From Eledone cirrhosa (lineage: Eukaryota): DNA of 64,000 nucleotides. The notes beneath the pieces were generated by a model. It made no database searches, was not told the DNA's origin, and saw nothing but the letters and a program-made list of their open reading frames with translations. The position numbers and the translations under genes were made by a program. Positions within the stretch are counted from its first letter, which is position 1. Every line of letters begins with the position of its first letter. Positions 37,589 through 50,252 of this stretch are shown piece by piece. The stretch spans positions 127,100,001 to 127,164,000 of the forward strand of contig OZ024743.1 in NCBI GenBank assembly GCA_964016885.1, given 5' to 3'.

Positions 37589-37859
37589 CTCTACACTATC
37601 ACTCCTTCGTAGTTATTCTCACCATCACTACACTCCCTCTAAAACTCAGTTAATCAGTCATAATTCTTTTGTAGCTGTTATCACAGTACCCAATCCCACT
37701 CAAACCCAAATAGTATCAGAGGTCATCCCTTCCTACTCATCACCCTGTCAAATTCCACCACATTTGTATACCTATTACATTCTTCCGTCTCTTCCTCCCC
37801 CACTCTCATGGAGTAGAGAGAACTCTACAGTTGAGTCAATCAATGATTGACAACTTTTC

Positions 37860-38363
37860 CAGGGCTGGTACCACGAAAAATACATCCAGTACACCCTATA
37901 GAAACCATGACAAAAAGGGGCTGCGAAGAACCTTCAACTGTCTCAACGGCATGACAACCTATCAGATGTTGGTGATTTATATGATAAATGCACTCAATAC
38001 ACATTGTAAAATGGTTGATGATGAGAAGGGAATCCAGTCATAGAAAGCTTCCAAACAAACGGTCAGAAGAACACTTCAGTTGTGTCAAAGAAATGACAAC
38101 CTCACTAGGGTTGGTGATCTGCATGATAAATGCACCCAGTACACTTTGGAAAGTTGATGGTGATAGGGAATACATCCCACCATATAAAACCTGCCAAAAT
38201 TAGGTCAGGAGGATTCTTCAGCTAAGTTAAAGACAGACTAATTTGTGCTGGGGCCTTGATAAAATACACTCAGTAGAGTGTGGGAAAGTATGTAAGCAAG
38301 ATGCAGGCCCTTGGCTCTGAGTATTGACTCAGTTTGTGAGGACCCATCCAAGATGGATGTGGA

Positions 38364-38445
<82 letters not shown>
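37860..38445 (+). repeat. Degenerate tandem copies (about 120-140 bp) of an RTE-type 3' UTR motif ending in a long (GAT)n microsatellite
   Basis: aaatgcacccagtacact..aaag..gatggtgatag repeated 3-4 times. (GAT)n at 38366-38445. Confidence 0.65.
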
Positions 38446-38615
38446 ATATAGTTAATAATTTAGAGAATATTGTAGTTAATAATACTGAGATTATTTTCTA
38501 GACATGACATCATGTTCTCATACTAGGGAGGGACCTATTATATGAAAATCATTTGATATTATGGTTACATATTAGGATCAGGTGCTTAGTATGTGCAATC
38601 CCATTAGTTACTTAC

Positions 38616-38684
38616 TAAAACAAATTTGTAGTTGGGTTTCCTTTGAAGACATGCAAGAGGTTTTAATGAAGAACAGTAATTGAT
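38616..38684 (-). CDS. TGDS: TGDS coding exon 3 (INYCSSLKPLACLQRKPNYKFVL), 69 nt
   Basis: ttttcag acceptor, gtaagt donor. Matches the family segment LDYCASL...NYKF. Confidence 0.9.
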
Positions 38685-39050
38685 CTGAAAAACAAAAAAA
38701 AAAGAACAAAAATTACATACACACACACATATATACATATATATATTTAACTTGGGAGGGGTGTAGAAGATGGTTAGGGAAATTGGGGACGTAGGTATAG
38801 GAAAGGTTTATAGGAGGGGAGAATTTCTCAGCCTGAGAATAATAGGTGGGTCTTCTGTAATACTTCATAGCACAAGAGGTCACGGTCATCACTTTAGTGA
38901 GGTGTAGGACGATGACACAGGACCATGACCTCTGGTGCAATGAAGTATTACAGAAGACCCACCTTCTGTTATTCTCAGGCTGAAAAATTCAAGGAAGCAT
39001 AAGAGTAAACAACAGAAAGTTTTCATCATGAAATAGAAAATAGTTCTTAC

Positions 39051-39117
39051 TTTGTCATAATTAACAATATAGTAATCTGGGTAATTCTCCACTAGGTAAA
39101 TCACTAGATGACTGCCA
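39051..39117 (-). CDS. TGDS: TGDS coding exon 2 (GSHLVIYLVENYPDYYIVNYDK), 67 nt
   Basis: tttgtgtag acceptor, gtaaga donor. Phase completes GGAGFVGSH. Confidence 0.93.
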
Positions 39118-39164
39118 CTACACAAATAAAAGAAAACAATAAATAATAATATTAATATGGATTA

Positions 39165-40010
39165 TTTATTTATTTAATAATAGTTACATTTATTGTTCAC
39201 AAGGGCTCACAACAGAGAGTCGGATTTACACTGAGTAAAAGAAAGGGGACAACATCAAAGGGATAACAGTAGGTATAACTACTGTTAATTGTAATAATTA
39301 GTCATGATAACAATACAAAACAAAATCAAATATCAATTTAGGGTAATTCCAGGAAGAACCACACACAAACCCCTGGGTTACTGTTGTCTTACAGGCATTA
39401 AAAAGGGCTCTCTCTCTCAGTTTGTTTACTCTTGCTTACAAAAACATTGTCAGAGTAGGCTCATCAGCCTTGGCAATTTCACTGCTCACACCCATCTTTC
39501 ATAAAAAACAGCACCTCTCTCTCTGGTACTTGAAGAAGTTGATGATGGCTTGGCTGCAGAGAAAGATACCTATCCTCAAACCTTTTAGATGTGTACACTA
39601 TGCAGCTTTTTCTACCATAGCTACTAGGAGGAAAACTTGCCGCACGTCCCTTCTAAAGGAAGGTGGCAATTTGATTTTAACGATAAACTCAACTGATAGC
39701 CTTATCTGTACAACACGAGATCGAAGTTGTTCAACACAAGTTTTCAATGCATGAACACTGAGTGATAGCAGGCAGGATGGTTTCATCACAAAAGAGCTTG
39801 TGAGACAGAACTAGCTGTTGGCACTTCCATGTTTATAGAGCTTGTGTAGAACTGGTAGTGCTAAGGTTTTCTGGAAATTATCCATAATCACTAACCTGAA
39901 AGTCTTCTGAGAGAGTCTGTTCAGACTGTTTTTGTTAACATTCATTGCATTGTCTTCTAGCTGTTTATTGCATTGTCCAGCTGGCAAAGTGCTTTCAGTG
40001 GTTGCCAGCA
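39165..40010 (-). mobile_element. Old Tx1/L1-type 3' fragment (diverged relative of the 55 kb copies)
   Basis: MDNFQKTLA, VEQLRSRVVQIRLSVEFIVKI and VFLLVAMVEK match the ORF2 C-terminus. Confidence 0.7.
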
Positions 40011-40014
40011 CTAA

Positions 40015-40785
40015 TAATAATTATTTCCAACATTGGTACAAATCCAGCAATTTGTGAGGAGGGAAAAGTCAATTATTTAACTGGTATTTTATTTTATCGG
40101 TCCCAAAAGGACGAAAGACAAAGTTGATCTTGGTGGGGGTTGAGCTCGAAGCTTAAAGAGCCAGAACAAATACATTTATAATAATTGTTTCTACTTTAGA
40201 CACAAGGCCAGCAATTACCCAGTGCATTACTGGTACTTTATTTTATCGACCCCGTAAGGATGAAAGGCAAAGTCAACTTCGGCGGGATTTGAACTCAGAT
40301 CGTAAAGGGACGTAACTATGCTGGAAAGCATGACGTCCGACCCTCTACCAATACTGCCAATCCACCGCCCTATAAATACCTTTATAATAATTGTTTCTAC
40401 TTTAGGCACAAGGCCAGCAATTACCCAGTGCATTACTGGTACTTTATTTTATCGACCCCGTAAGGATGAAAGGCAAAGTCAACTTCGGCGGGATTTGAAC
40501 TTAGATCGTAAAGGGACGTAACTATGCTGGAAAGCATGGCGTCCGACCCTCTACCGATACTGCCAATCCACTATAATAATGGTTTCTGATTTAGGCTCAA
40601 GGCAAACAATTTTGGGGAAGGGGAGAGTTGATTAAATCAACCCCAGTGCATTACAGGTGCTTTATTTTATCGACCCTGTAAAGATGAAAGGCAAAGCTAA
40701 CCTCAGCGAGATTTGAACTCAGACCATAGAAATAATAATCATTTCTTTATTGTAATAATAATTGTTTCTACTTTTGGCACAAGGC
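40015..40785 (-). mobile_element. Tandem cluster of about 4 Deu/Nin-domain SINEs (all minus). Further copies at 43010-43085 (-), 43625-43838 (+), 44100-44285 (+) and 54965-55155 (-)
   Basis: Near-identical copies of the SINE consensus arranged head-to-tail. Confidence 0.88.
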
Positions 40786-40853
40786 TGTATTAAACACCAT
40801 GTGGAACTGAATGGGACTTCGACCCATTCAGTTCCACATGGTGTTTAATACAG
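40785..40853. repeat. Perfect 31-bp inverted repeat with a 7-nt loop
   Basis: ctgtattaaacaccatgtggaactgaatggg-acttcga-cccattcagttccacatggtgtttaatacag. Confidence 0.95.
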
Positions 40854-41631
40854 TAGATCCACATTGGTCAAATTGTGCACCAGCCCCACCACATTATTAA
40901 AAAACAATATATGTCCAAGACCCTTATATAAAAGTGCCTATGTATGTTAATGTTTTGGAGGAAACATGACATCAGATTTTCTCGATTTTAAAACCCTTTT
41001 CCTGGCTAAAACTGGGTTTAGTCTTGTGGGCCCTATGAAAGTCTTCATATTCACAGTGATCCTTTGAGTCTTCATATTCACTATCGGATCCTTTTTTTAG
41101 TTTACAGCCTGATACCCTTTACACAGAGGAATATCTAAATATCACTTAAAAATATTTTTGTTACTAATGTTAAAGGTAAGGGTGAAGACCCCCTTCAGTC
41201 ATGAATGACCATAGGATTTGCACCTAGAAAGTTTCCTTCCGAGACACAAGTCCGGGCAAAGTTGTTTGTAGAAGACCAGCAGTCGCCCATGCATACCAGC
41301 CTTCCCTCTCCATGCCACCGATGTTGTCCAAGGGAAAGGCAAAGGCTGATACAGCTTGGCACCAGTGACGTCGCAACTCATTTCTACAGCTGAGTAAACT
41401 GGAGCAATGTGAAATAAAGTGTCTTGCTCAAGAACACAATGTAAAGACCAGTCCGAACTCACAACTTCATGATTGTAAGCCCGACACTCTAACCACTAAG
41501 CCTTCACAAAGGTAAGACACACACAAAAATAGGGATGGGACAAACCTTGAATGCTTGGATGGTCAGAATATTTCAGTTGCACCTGCAGACAAGTTAAAAT
41601 ATGAGATATTACAAAATCAGATTTTACTTAC

Positions 41632-41675
41632 ACAAAGCCAGCTCCTCCAGTGACTAAGATTCTTCTTTCAGGCAT
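41632..41675 (-). CDS. TGDS: TGDS coding exon 1 (MPERRILVTGGAGFV; Rossmann GxxGxxG start). The exon extends to an acceptor at 41696/41697, so an upstream exon is implied
   Basis: ATG at 41675-41673. ILVTGGAGF motif. Donor GT|gtaagt. Upstream polypyrimidine tract ending ttttctag. Confidence 0.9.
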
Positions 41676-42261
41676 TTTTATTGAGGTTAATGGAAACTAG
41701 AAAAGAATAAAGAAAACATATTAGGTGTTGGTTGACATTTAGTGCAATTGTGAAGATGGTATGGTACAGTTGATTCAAGAGACATTTATAGTAAGTCGGA
41801 GATATTCCCTGTAATTTACATCCACATCTGCACAGAATTTTGTAGTTAGAATGTTGAACTGACAACTTTAAGGTTTTAGTTTTATTAATGGACTTGGTAG
41901 CACATTCTGTCATTGAGCAAGACATTGAGCATTTCAATGTATTCAACTGTAAACAAATGAGTTCCAGCAGCAGTAGCTGGAGGTTAATCAGTTGAAGAAA
42001 GTCCTGTACATTTATTAAAAATATCAAAGTTATATTCTTTTACCTTTTTACTAATTTCAGTTATCAGGCTATAGTCAAGCAGTCTCCCCCTCTCTCTCTA
42101 TATAACTTTGATAGCATTGACAGATTTCAGCTAGTATTGGCCCAGGCATATGTGTGTGTGTGTATATATATATATAAACACTTGTGCAAATGTAAAGTAA
42201 TACAAAATAAATTATAGACATATTTTTTTACACATTTCCCTGTTCCAGTTCACGCACTGTG

Positions 42262-42300
<39 letters not shown>

Positions 42301-42443
42301 ATTAAAATACTGGAGCGTGTTGGAGTTAAACACCCTCTTCGTATTATAGAAATGACAGTAAAAAGTATAGCTCAATGTAATTAAACAGGGCCGAAGAATT
42401 ATGAAAATAAAACAAAGAAGCCTTCAATACATCAAAAGTCTTT

Positions 42444-42488
42444 ATTAGCCAACAATGTTTCGTCCTATTAAGGACTCATCAGGGCAAT
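42444..42488 (-). ncRNA. Canonical-core type I hammerhead ribozyme with downstream AATAAA
   Basis: Reverse complement attgcc-CTGATGA-GTCC(ttaata)GGAC-GAAA-c(att)GTT-ggctaat-aaa. Confidence 0.85.
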
Positions 42489-44369
42489 CAAAACCACAAG
42501 AAGCACTATCGGCCAATACAAGACGAAAACTCCGAAGAATATGGAGTGTACATACACTAAAGTATTGGAGGTTATAGGTAAAAATATATAATAAAAATCA
42601 CTAAGGAGGTGGATAACATTTTGAACCATATTACAAATATAGTCCAAAGTAAAAAAAAAACTAGAGCTAAACAAAGGTGGTTATATAGAGCGGGAATTAT
42701 AATACTATATGTAATACAATATAATATAATATATTATACTTGTAACAATATTAAAATTAAAATTAAAAGGCACAATATACATATGTATATATGTACGCAC
42801 ACGTACGCACATATACATATACATCAATACACATTTCCATCATTAACAGCACAAATTAAACCTTATTAAGAGTTTAAATATAAATAAGCATAATAGTAAT
42901 AAAAATAATAATAATATGTATATCTAATATACAGTATAACATGAAGTAATGAAATGATTAAAAGTAACACATATAATATATAATAAACTATATAATTATA
43001 TAATATATAATTGTTTCTACTTTAGGCACAAGGCCAGCAATTACCCAGTGCATTACTGGTACTTTATTTTATCGACCCCGTAACGCTACTTGGCAAATAA
43101 CTATATGTATCACCTATCCCTCCTTTTTCTCTCTTTCCCGATACGTAAATACTATATATATATATATATATATATATATTCGAAAGTAAGGTTGTTGTTT
43201 TTAATATTTCCCACACGGGTAAAAATATAGGAAAAAGAAGTTGAATATGTAATTGGAGTTATTTACAATAACTTATAACTTTACCTGTTTCATAAGTTTC
43301 ATGATTATCAAAAGATAAGAGAAATGGAGAAATGTGCGTTCACCTGGCTATACACTTATCTAATTATCTGTCAACCTTCCTACATATCTACATAACTACA
43401 AACCGGTCTATTTCATTTTGAAACAAATATTAAAAGAATATACAAAATATATCAAATAAAGAGAGACCTAAGTTAAATAATAAAAGCAGCCACCGTTTAG
43501 CCCATATATTTCCAGAGTAGAGGTAAGTAGGATTAGTAAAACAATAACTTAACTAACTTTGTACATTTTGTATTGTATTATAAACACCGATATGGAAACC
43601 ATTTTAAACACCGATATGGCCAGTGGATTGACAGTATCGCCAGTGCGTCGGTAAAGATGCTTTACGGCATATAGTTATGGTCCGTTACGTTCTGAGTTCA
43701 AATCCTCCCGAGGTTAGCTTTATTTTTCATCCTTATGGGATTTATAAAATCAAGTAGCAATAATGCACCGAGGTCAATTCAATAAACTTTCCCGCTCCCT
43801 TCAAATTGCAGGCATTGTGCCAAATGTAGAAACAATTATATATATATATATACGCAAATGAATGAATGAATGACAGCTGTATAGAAAGGTACAGAGCGCT
43901 TATAGTTTATAGTTGATGGTAGCCGTGAGGTGGGGAGACCCAGGAAGACTTGGGATGAGGTCGGTCAGCCGGGCAAGACGTGTTTTCTTGGGCTCTGCTA
44001 GAGTCAGCAGCAACACACACAACCACGTGTTGCTACACACAGAAAAGGAAAAAAACAAACAAATAGAGATATGTACATTTATATCTAAATATCGTTCGGT
44101 GGATTGGCAGTATCGGTAGAGGGTCGGACGCCATGCTTTCCAGCATAGTTACGTCCCTTTACGATCTGAGTTCAAATCCCGCCGAGGTTGACTTTGCCTT
44201 TCATCCTTGCGGGGTCGATAAAATAAAGTACCAGTAATGTACTGGATAATTGCTGGCCTTGTGCCAAAGGTAGAAACAGTTATTATTACTTACTGAAGTC
44301 CCTCTGTGTTTAACGTGAAACCCATGTTCATTAATATATGCGTCTGTATATATACATATATGCATGTGT

Positions 44370-47300
44370 GCGTTGAACGACCAAGAGACCTGCTTGGTGG
44401 AACGACTATGTGACAACCGGTCAGCCTTCGACCTCTCATTCTTCACCAACTTCGGCATGCGCGAGAGGAGCTAACTTGTCCCCACCTACCCTCTCCTCCT
44501 CTTCACCGCAGATTCCGAGCGAATTCAACCCAGCCAACCCCACCACTCCTACAACTGTTAGGCCACCACCCAACCTCTGCTCTAGTCCCACCGTTAGAAC
44601 CACTGTTGCTTCCTTTACTGACTCACTCCCTCCACTGAATTCTAATGCTGGCCCTCTACTGCCGGCTGCTGCCAGCCCACCACCTGATTGCGCTCTCTGT
44701 GCCCGCACTAGCCGGTACTTAAAGACAATCAAATGTCACCTATACCACGCAAGCTAACACAGAAGCTGTGTCGGCATCACCAAAGCTCAAGCCGAAAGGC
44801 CTCAATACTGGACCTGTAATCGGTGCCACTTCAGCTCCGACGTATTCTGTGGGGATGCCCACGCTTCGATGACCAACTCTCTACCGAGGACTTTGCCATA
44901 GCCCTCCAGGGTTTCTCCAAATCAAAGCTCGTTAATCGGATCCCTAAAGGAGCTCGGAATAGTTTGCATGTGCCCTCTCTAATTTATTGAAAAACGTTTG
45001 CTTGTCCAACAATAGGTCTGACTGGCAGAAATTGTTTTTGTTTCCCCTCATCTCTCTTCACGTGCACAATACGAATTCGGGTTACCTCACGTCCTCTCTC
45101 AAGCGGCAGTTCCAGCTGTTTGAGTCCACCCCAAACACGTCTCATCTCAGTTCGACATCGAGCTCGTGTCCACCAATAGACTACCGGTAGATCCCAAGTG
45201 AGTGGTCAATGCCAAATTCAGCAAATTTGACATTAAAGGGGCAGTCCGTCTCCTCTCTTCTCTGTCCTCCCTTGCTCCGTGTTACTCTGATTCTCTTGAG
45301 CGACTGAAAGAGAAGCACCCATCGGCATCCCCAGTGGCTCGAACCACCAGAATACTCGAGACCGGTTTACACCACCGATATCATCAGAAAAGCGATTTCA
45401 TCCTTCCCCGCTGGGTCAGGCGCGGGAATTAACGGCCTTCGTCCTCAACACCTCAAGGATGGTATCTCCTTATCGGCCGGTGACGCCGGACTCGAGCTCT
45501 TGGAGAGTCTGACTCAGTTTGTGAATCAGTTCTCTTCAGTGAGCGTTCTCCCGTTCATCCGCCCATTGTTCTTCGGTGCGAAGCTATTTGGTCTCACCAA
45601 GCCCAACGGAGACCTGCGCCCCATTGCAGTTAGCTGCACCCTTCGCCGCCTCACTGCAAAGGCGTGTTTGCTGTTGGTCTCCGACTCACTGGCGGAGGAA
45701 TTCTCCCCCATCCAGCTGGGGGTGGGTACCAAGTTGGTATGTGAGTCTGCTGTCCACGCTACCAGAGTATTTACCAACTTGCCCTCCTTGTCCCCGAAGG
45801 TCATCCTCAAACTTGACCTCAGGAACGCCTTTAACTCCGTCAGCCGCGACGTCGTCCTCGGCTCAGTAAGAGAGAGGGTCCCACAACTCTACAACTTTGC
45901 TTGGCAGGATTATCGGGAGCCTTCCTACTTCTCTTTCGGTGATCAAATCATCACCTCTGCCTCAGGAGTCCAACAGGGTGACACACTCGGGCCCGCTCTG
46001 TTTGCACTGGGCATTGATGACGTCACCAAGATGGGGGTTGAGTTGGACCTCAATGTCTGGTACCTCGATGACGCCTGTTTGGGGGAACTCCGGGTATGGT
46101 TCTCACCACTGTCAACAAAATGGTTGAGGAGCTTGGCCACCGGGGTCTCCAGGTCAATAGCTCCAAATGTCAGCTCTGGATCCTCAACCACCCGGCTTCT
46201 CAACACCACCAGCTAATCGACCTGTTTGCATAGACCTTCCCTTCCATCGCGGTCCCACCCCCGTCGGCTTGGTGCTCCTTAGGAGCCCTAATCACAGACC
46301 TTGCCTTCGAATCAATCTTCTAATTGAAGATGGTTGGCCTTGAGCAGCTGCTGAAGAATGTCGAACCCCCATCAAGGTTTCTTCATATTCAGAAACTATC
46401 TGTCTATACCTAAGCTTCTGTATCTGCTCAGGGTCAGCCCCGCTCACAGATTTCAGTCCTGCCTCCATCGCTTCGACGACCTAATCTTCGAGAGACTCGA
46501 GTGCCTGGTCAATATTAGTCTCTCTCCAGAGTCCCACGATCAGGTTGCGTTGCCAAAGCGATTTGGGGGTTTGGTCTTCGTAAGTGTTCGTCCCTCTCTC
46601 TCCCCTGCTTCCTTTCCTCCACCTACGCTTGCTCCACCCTGGTGAGCAGCATCCTCTCCTCTCCAGCATGGACTAGTTCCAACAGGGAGTTGGGTGAAGC
46701 TCTCTAGCAATGGAGTGTGTTGGGCTTGTCTCTTCATGGGAAGGCGGAGGACAATCGAAGTCAGAGAACTTGGGACAGCATAAGTTCGAAGGCCACCTTC
46801 GACTCCTTCTTCGTCCAGTCAAATCAGTTTGCAAGGTGCCGCTTACTATCTGCCAGCGCCAAATACTCAGGCGACTGGGTTGAGCCCTACCCGTGGCCAA
46901 CGTCGGTGGCCTACTCAGCCTGGCCGAACTTCGTGTCTCCATCGTCCTCAGAGTGGGAGCTGACGTTTGCATGGGTTTGAGGTGCCGATGCGGCAAACTC
47001 CTCGACTCCACAGGCCTCCAGGGTCTTTCTTTCCGCCTGAATGCCGGCCACTTCGCGCGTCACACAGAGCTAAACCTCATTCTCAAGAGAGCTTTGGCCC
47101 GGGCGAACATCCCCTATGTCTTACAACCATCTGGGTTGTCGAGAAGTGACGACAAAACACCTGATGGCCCTACCCTGTGTTCCTGATCGAGAGGCAGGTG
47201 CCTTGTCTGGGACGTCACTGTTAGTGACTCTTTTGCTCTTTCCCACATCCTGGATGCTGCGGTTAGGACGAGAACCACAGCTTCCGCAGCCGAGCGGAGT

Positions 47301-47640
47301 AAGATCCTCAATTACTCTGATCTGTCGGCCAGCTACCTTTTTCAGCTTGTGGGTTTCGAGACGTTTGGGGGAGTCGGGTCGCTGACTGCGAGGTTCCTCT
47401 CTTCACTGGTGGCTCGCCTAATAGAGGCAACTGGCGAATCTCGCGAGGGTGCTTGGCTGTTCCAGCGCATTAGCCTCGCCATCACCCGTGGCAACGCTGC
47501 GAGTATGCTGGCTTGCCTCAAAAATCATTAGAGAGGTTGCCCAGTACCCCTCGCTGCTGTCCTTTGCTCTGCTGTTGGCTCGGTTGTTCACCCCTTCCTT
47601 TACATTTTCTTTAATATTGTAACATTAAAAGAATATATCT
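44370..47640 (+). mobile_element. Near full-length decayed CRE-clade non-LTR retrotransposon (PHD, RT, RLE)
   Basis: KPNGDLRPIAV, QLGVG, KLDLRNAFNSV, GVQQGDTLGPALF and WYLDD. C-terminal CRCG, RHTELN, PDG, WDVTV, FETFG and LFQRISLAITRGNA. Confidence 0.9.
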
Positions 47641-47798
47641 TTCTGAACTATATACTAAGTATTAAATCTTCTCTAATATATAACTCTACTAACCCAAGCA
47701 TTGAGCACACTCCACTTCAGCTATTGGCATTTAGAAATCTGTATCGCACTTCTCTGTATCTCTCTATTTCCTCCTCTCCTACGATACTTATATCCTAT

Positions 47799-47847
<49 letters not shown>

Positions 47848-49269
47848 TGATAGAATTATACCTGAAATTAGAAGTTTGGCCCCTCTTGCACCGTGGAACA
47901 ATTCTTTCGCGGTGATTGATTGGTTCAACGGCATATGCAACAAGGAACATTGCCGTTTTATCCAATTCGATATCAATAATTACTACTCCTCCATCACTTT
48001 ACCACTTCTCCTTAGAGCTATCAATTTCGCTAAAACACTCACAGTGGTTAAGGATTTCGAAGTTGATGTCATCCTCAATGCCCGTAAGTCGGTGATTAAT
48101 TTCGACGACTCTATTTGGATTAAAAAATCTAATAGAACCTGGTAAGAAACGTTTCTTTGAGGCTTTCCCGTCTACCTACTAACGAGCATATTTTCAACGA
48201 CCATTCCACATATTACAATGAAGCTCTTGCTCGGAGCGGATTTGTCGATAAGGTAGCATATACAGAGTATGAGAATAGACCTAGAAGAAATAGATCCCGA
48301 CGCATTATATGGTATAACCCACCATATAATATGGAGGTGGCCACACCATTAGCTAAGATCTTTCTATCCCTTATTACGAAGCATTTTCCCCCGACACATA
48401 AATATAGTAACATTTTTAATAGAAATACTATTAAAATTTCTTACTCTACGACTTCTAACCTTGCACATAACATCACAGCTTCAAATTTAGCTAAACTACC
48501 TAGCCGTAGGAACACGTGCAACCCTGTAGTTAGTACTAACTGTAATTGTAGGAATCGGGTTGATTGCCTCCTATCCGGGAAATGCCTCTCTAGTAACATT
48601 GTCTACAAATGTAAGGTTGAAACACCCACGTCCCTAGGGCCTACATAGGGTTAACCGCCAATAGATTCAAGCAGCGTCTTTACATGCATACCCATTCTTT
48701 TCGTTACCCTCTAAGAAGGAATATGACGTCACTTTCAGCTTATATCTGGAGTCTAAAAGACAATCACACTCAATATAAGTTACACTGAGAGATCCTAGCT
48801 TGGGCTAGATCGTATAACGGAAATAAAAGACCATGCGACCTCTGCGCCGCTGAGGCTCTGGAAATACTCTACGCCAAAGACCACGTCTTAAACAAAAAAT
48901 CTGAGGCAATTTCGGCTTGTAAACATAAATTGCACAAAACTTTCCTGTATTACAGCCCCACATTATACCCTAACGGATAGTACGATCTTTACGCGGATAT
49001 TTTACGTCTTGATGTCGTAGCAATGTATATGTTATGTTTATACCATTACTTATTTGCATAGGTAAGTATATATTACCTGTATGTTTTGTGAAGGTACGTA
49101 TACTTTCTCGTACGTATATTTGATTGTATAAGTTATGGCGTATATTTTTATATATTCTGGTACATATGCTTTTGGTTTTGTATACGTGAGTTTTGCGTCT
49201 GTAGGTATGTGTGTGCGCTTGTTATATACGTATTTATTTATTTATATACGTTTATTTAATTATTTGTAT

Positions 49270-49322
<53 letters not shown>

Positions 49323-49482
49323 TATTTATATGTGCGTGTATTTGTATACCTATGGCGAGTGTTTTCGCGTATGCTTGTGTATGTACGTATATGGATGCGT
49401 GTATTTATTTAATTTCAATTACCTCTATATTTTATTTACTTTATTCTTAACTCTGAAGCCGAGAATCATTCGGTTTCCTAGT

Positions 49483-49755
49483 TAGAATTTTGGTTTACGA
49501 CTTCAGTTATACCATTTACATGGTTTTGTCTTTGCGGGAAATTGTTCTCCACGCTCCACATATGACGTATTATCTTCGTTTTTTCCGTTCATTGCCAGAG
49601 AACGTCTCTATGAACCAGCTAATAGAATACTAGTCTACGACTTCTTTTATACCATAAACGTGGTTTTGTCTTTGCGTGTAATTGTTTATCACCGCTCCAA
49701 ATAATATATTCGTTTTTTTCCGTTCTTTGCCAGGGAACGTTTCCACGAACCAAAG
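49483..49755 (+). repeat. Two diverged tandem units of about 140 bp in the Penelope 3' region
   Basis: tagaat..tacgacttc..tatacca..tggttttgtctttgcg..cgctcca..ttccgttc..tgccag.gaacgt..gaacca appears twice. Confidence 0.8.
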
Positions 49756-49830
49756 TATCGGCTTCCTGTCTTCCTCCGGTTGCAACGTTTTTTGAAATAT
49801 TCACTTCTGCGTTCACGGATTAACTTTGTT

Positions 49831-49881
49831 AGTTTCAGAAGATCCCGTTAAGGGTGAAAGCAGCGATTCTTTGCTTAAACT
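49831..49881 (+). ncRNA. Hammerhead-like motif with variant CAGAAGA core
   Basis: agttt-CAGAAGA-tccc(gttaa)gggt-GAAA-gca(gcgattctt)tgcTT-aaact. All three stems pair. Confidence 0.6.
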
Positions 49882-50171
49882 TTAATCTGTTATTTTTCTC
49901 ATTGAGCCACAAAGTGACCCGTTGCAAAACACGTATATGTATGTATGTATATATATGTATATATGTAAACCTTTATATGTAATAATCTCCCATTAGGTTG
50001 AGATACAAATTTGGCTGTATTGTGCTGTGCTTTCTAGCAAAATGCCACCAGCCGTAAGCAACTACCACACTCCTTCCAACCGGACCGCTGCTACGTCACG
50101 ATTCTTAGCCATTTTTTAATGTATTCTTGGCGCGATCACTTTGGAAAATTTATTGTCTAGATTAGAGCAAA

Positions 50172-50252
50172 CTCCTGAAGAGTCCGATGCTCGAGTTTCC
50201 AAAGTTATTGGAAATCTCAAAATGCGAACGAAACCATGGTAGAGGTAAATAA
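50172..50252 (+). ncRNA. Type I hammerhead with extended stem II and palindromic stem III, followed by AATAAA
   Basis: ctc-CTGAAGA-gtccg...gagtttccaa/ttggaaatctc...cgaac-GAAA-ccatgG-TA-gag. ACCATGGT is palindromic. Confidence 0.7.

Larger units (their letters stand above)
47845..49930 (+). mobile_element. Penelope-like element (Naiad-type by inference): RT remnant, Cys linker, GIY-YIG endonuclease, long 3' region with a hammerhead
   Basis: FIQFDINNYYSSI, IIWYNPPY, CNCRNRVDCLLSGKC, IVYKC..YIGLT..FKQR and CDLC..E..LNKKSE..CKH. Stop at 48980. Starts after a (TA)n tract. Confidence 0.85.

Noticed and set aside
43277-43316. Minus-strand hammerhead-like layout next to (TA)n
   Set aside because: The core reads TTGATAA rather than CTGATGA. 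Probably a dead copy and not counted.
48157-48980. Selenoprotein-type Penelope (Naiad) element
   Set aside because: The conserved Cys codons are TGT/TGC. The in-frame TGA at about 48786 falls at a likely Trp position (decay). I saw no convincing SECIS downstream.
49135-49485. ORFs rich in HT, YI or CV dipeptides (also 19086, 50499, 55337-55743)
   Set aside because: These are translations of (CA)n, (TA)n and (AAT)n microsatellites.
49443-49488. Stem-loop containing CTGAAG
   Set aside because: Lacks the GAAA half of the hammerhead core on that strand.
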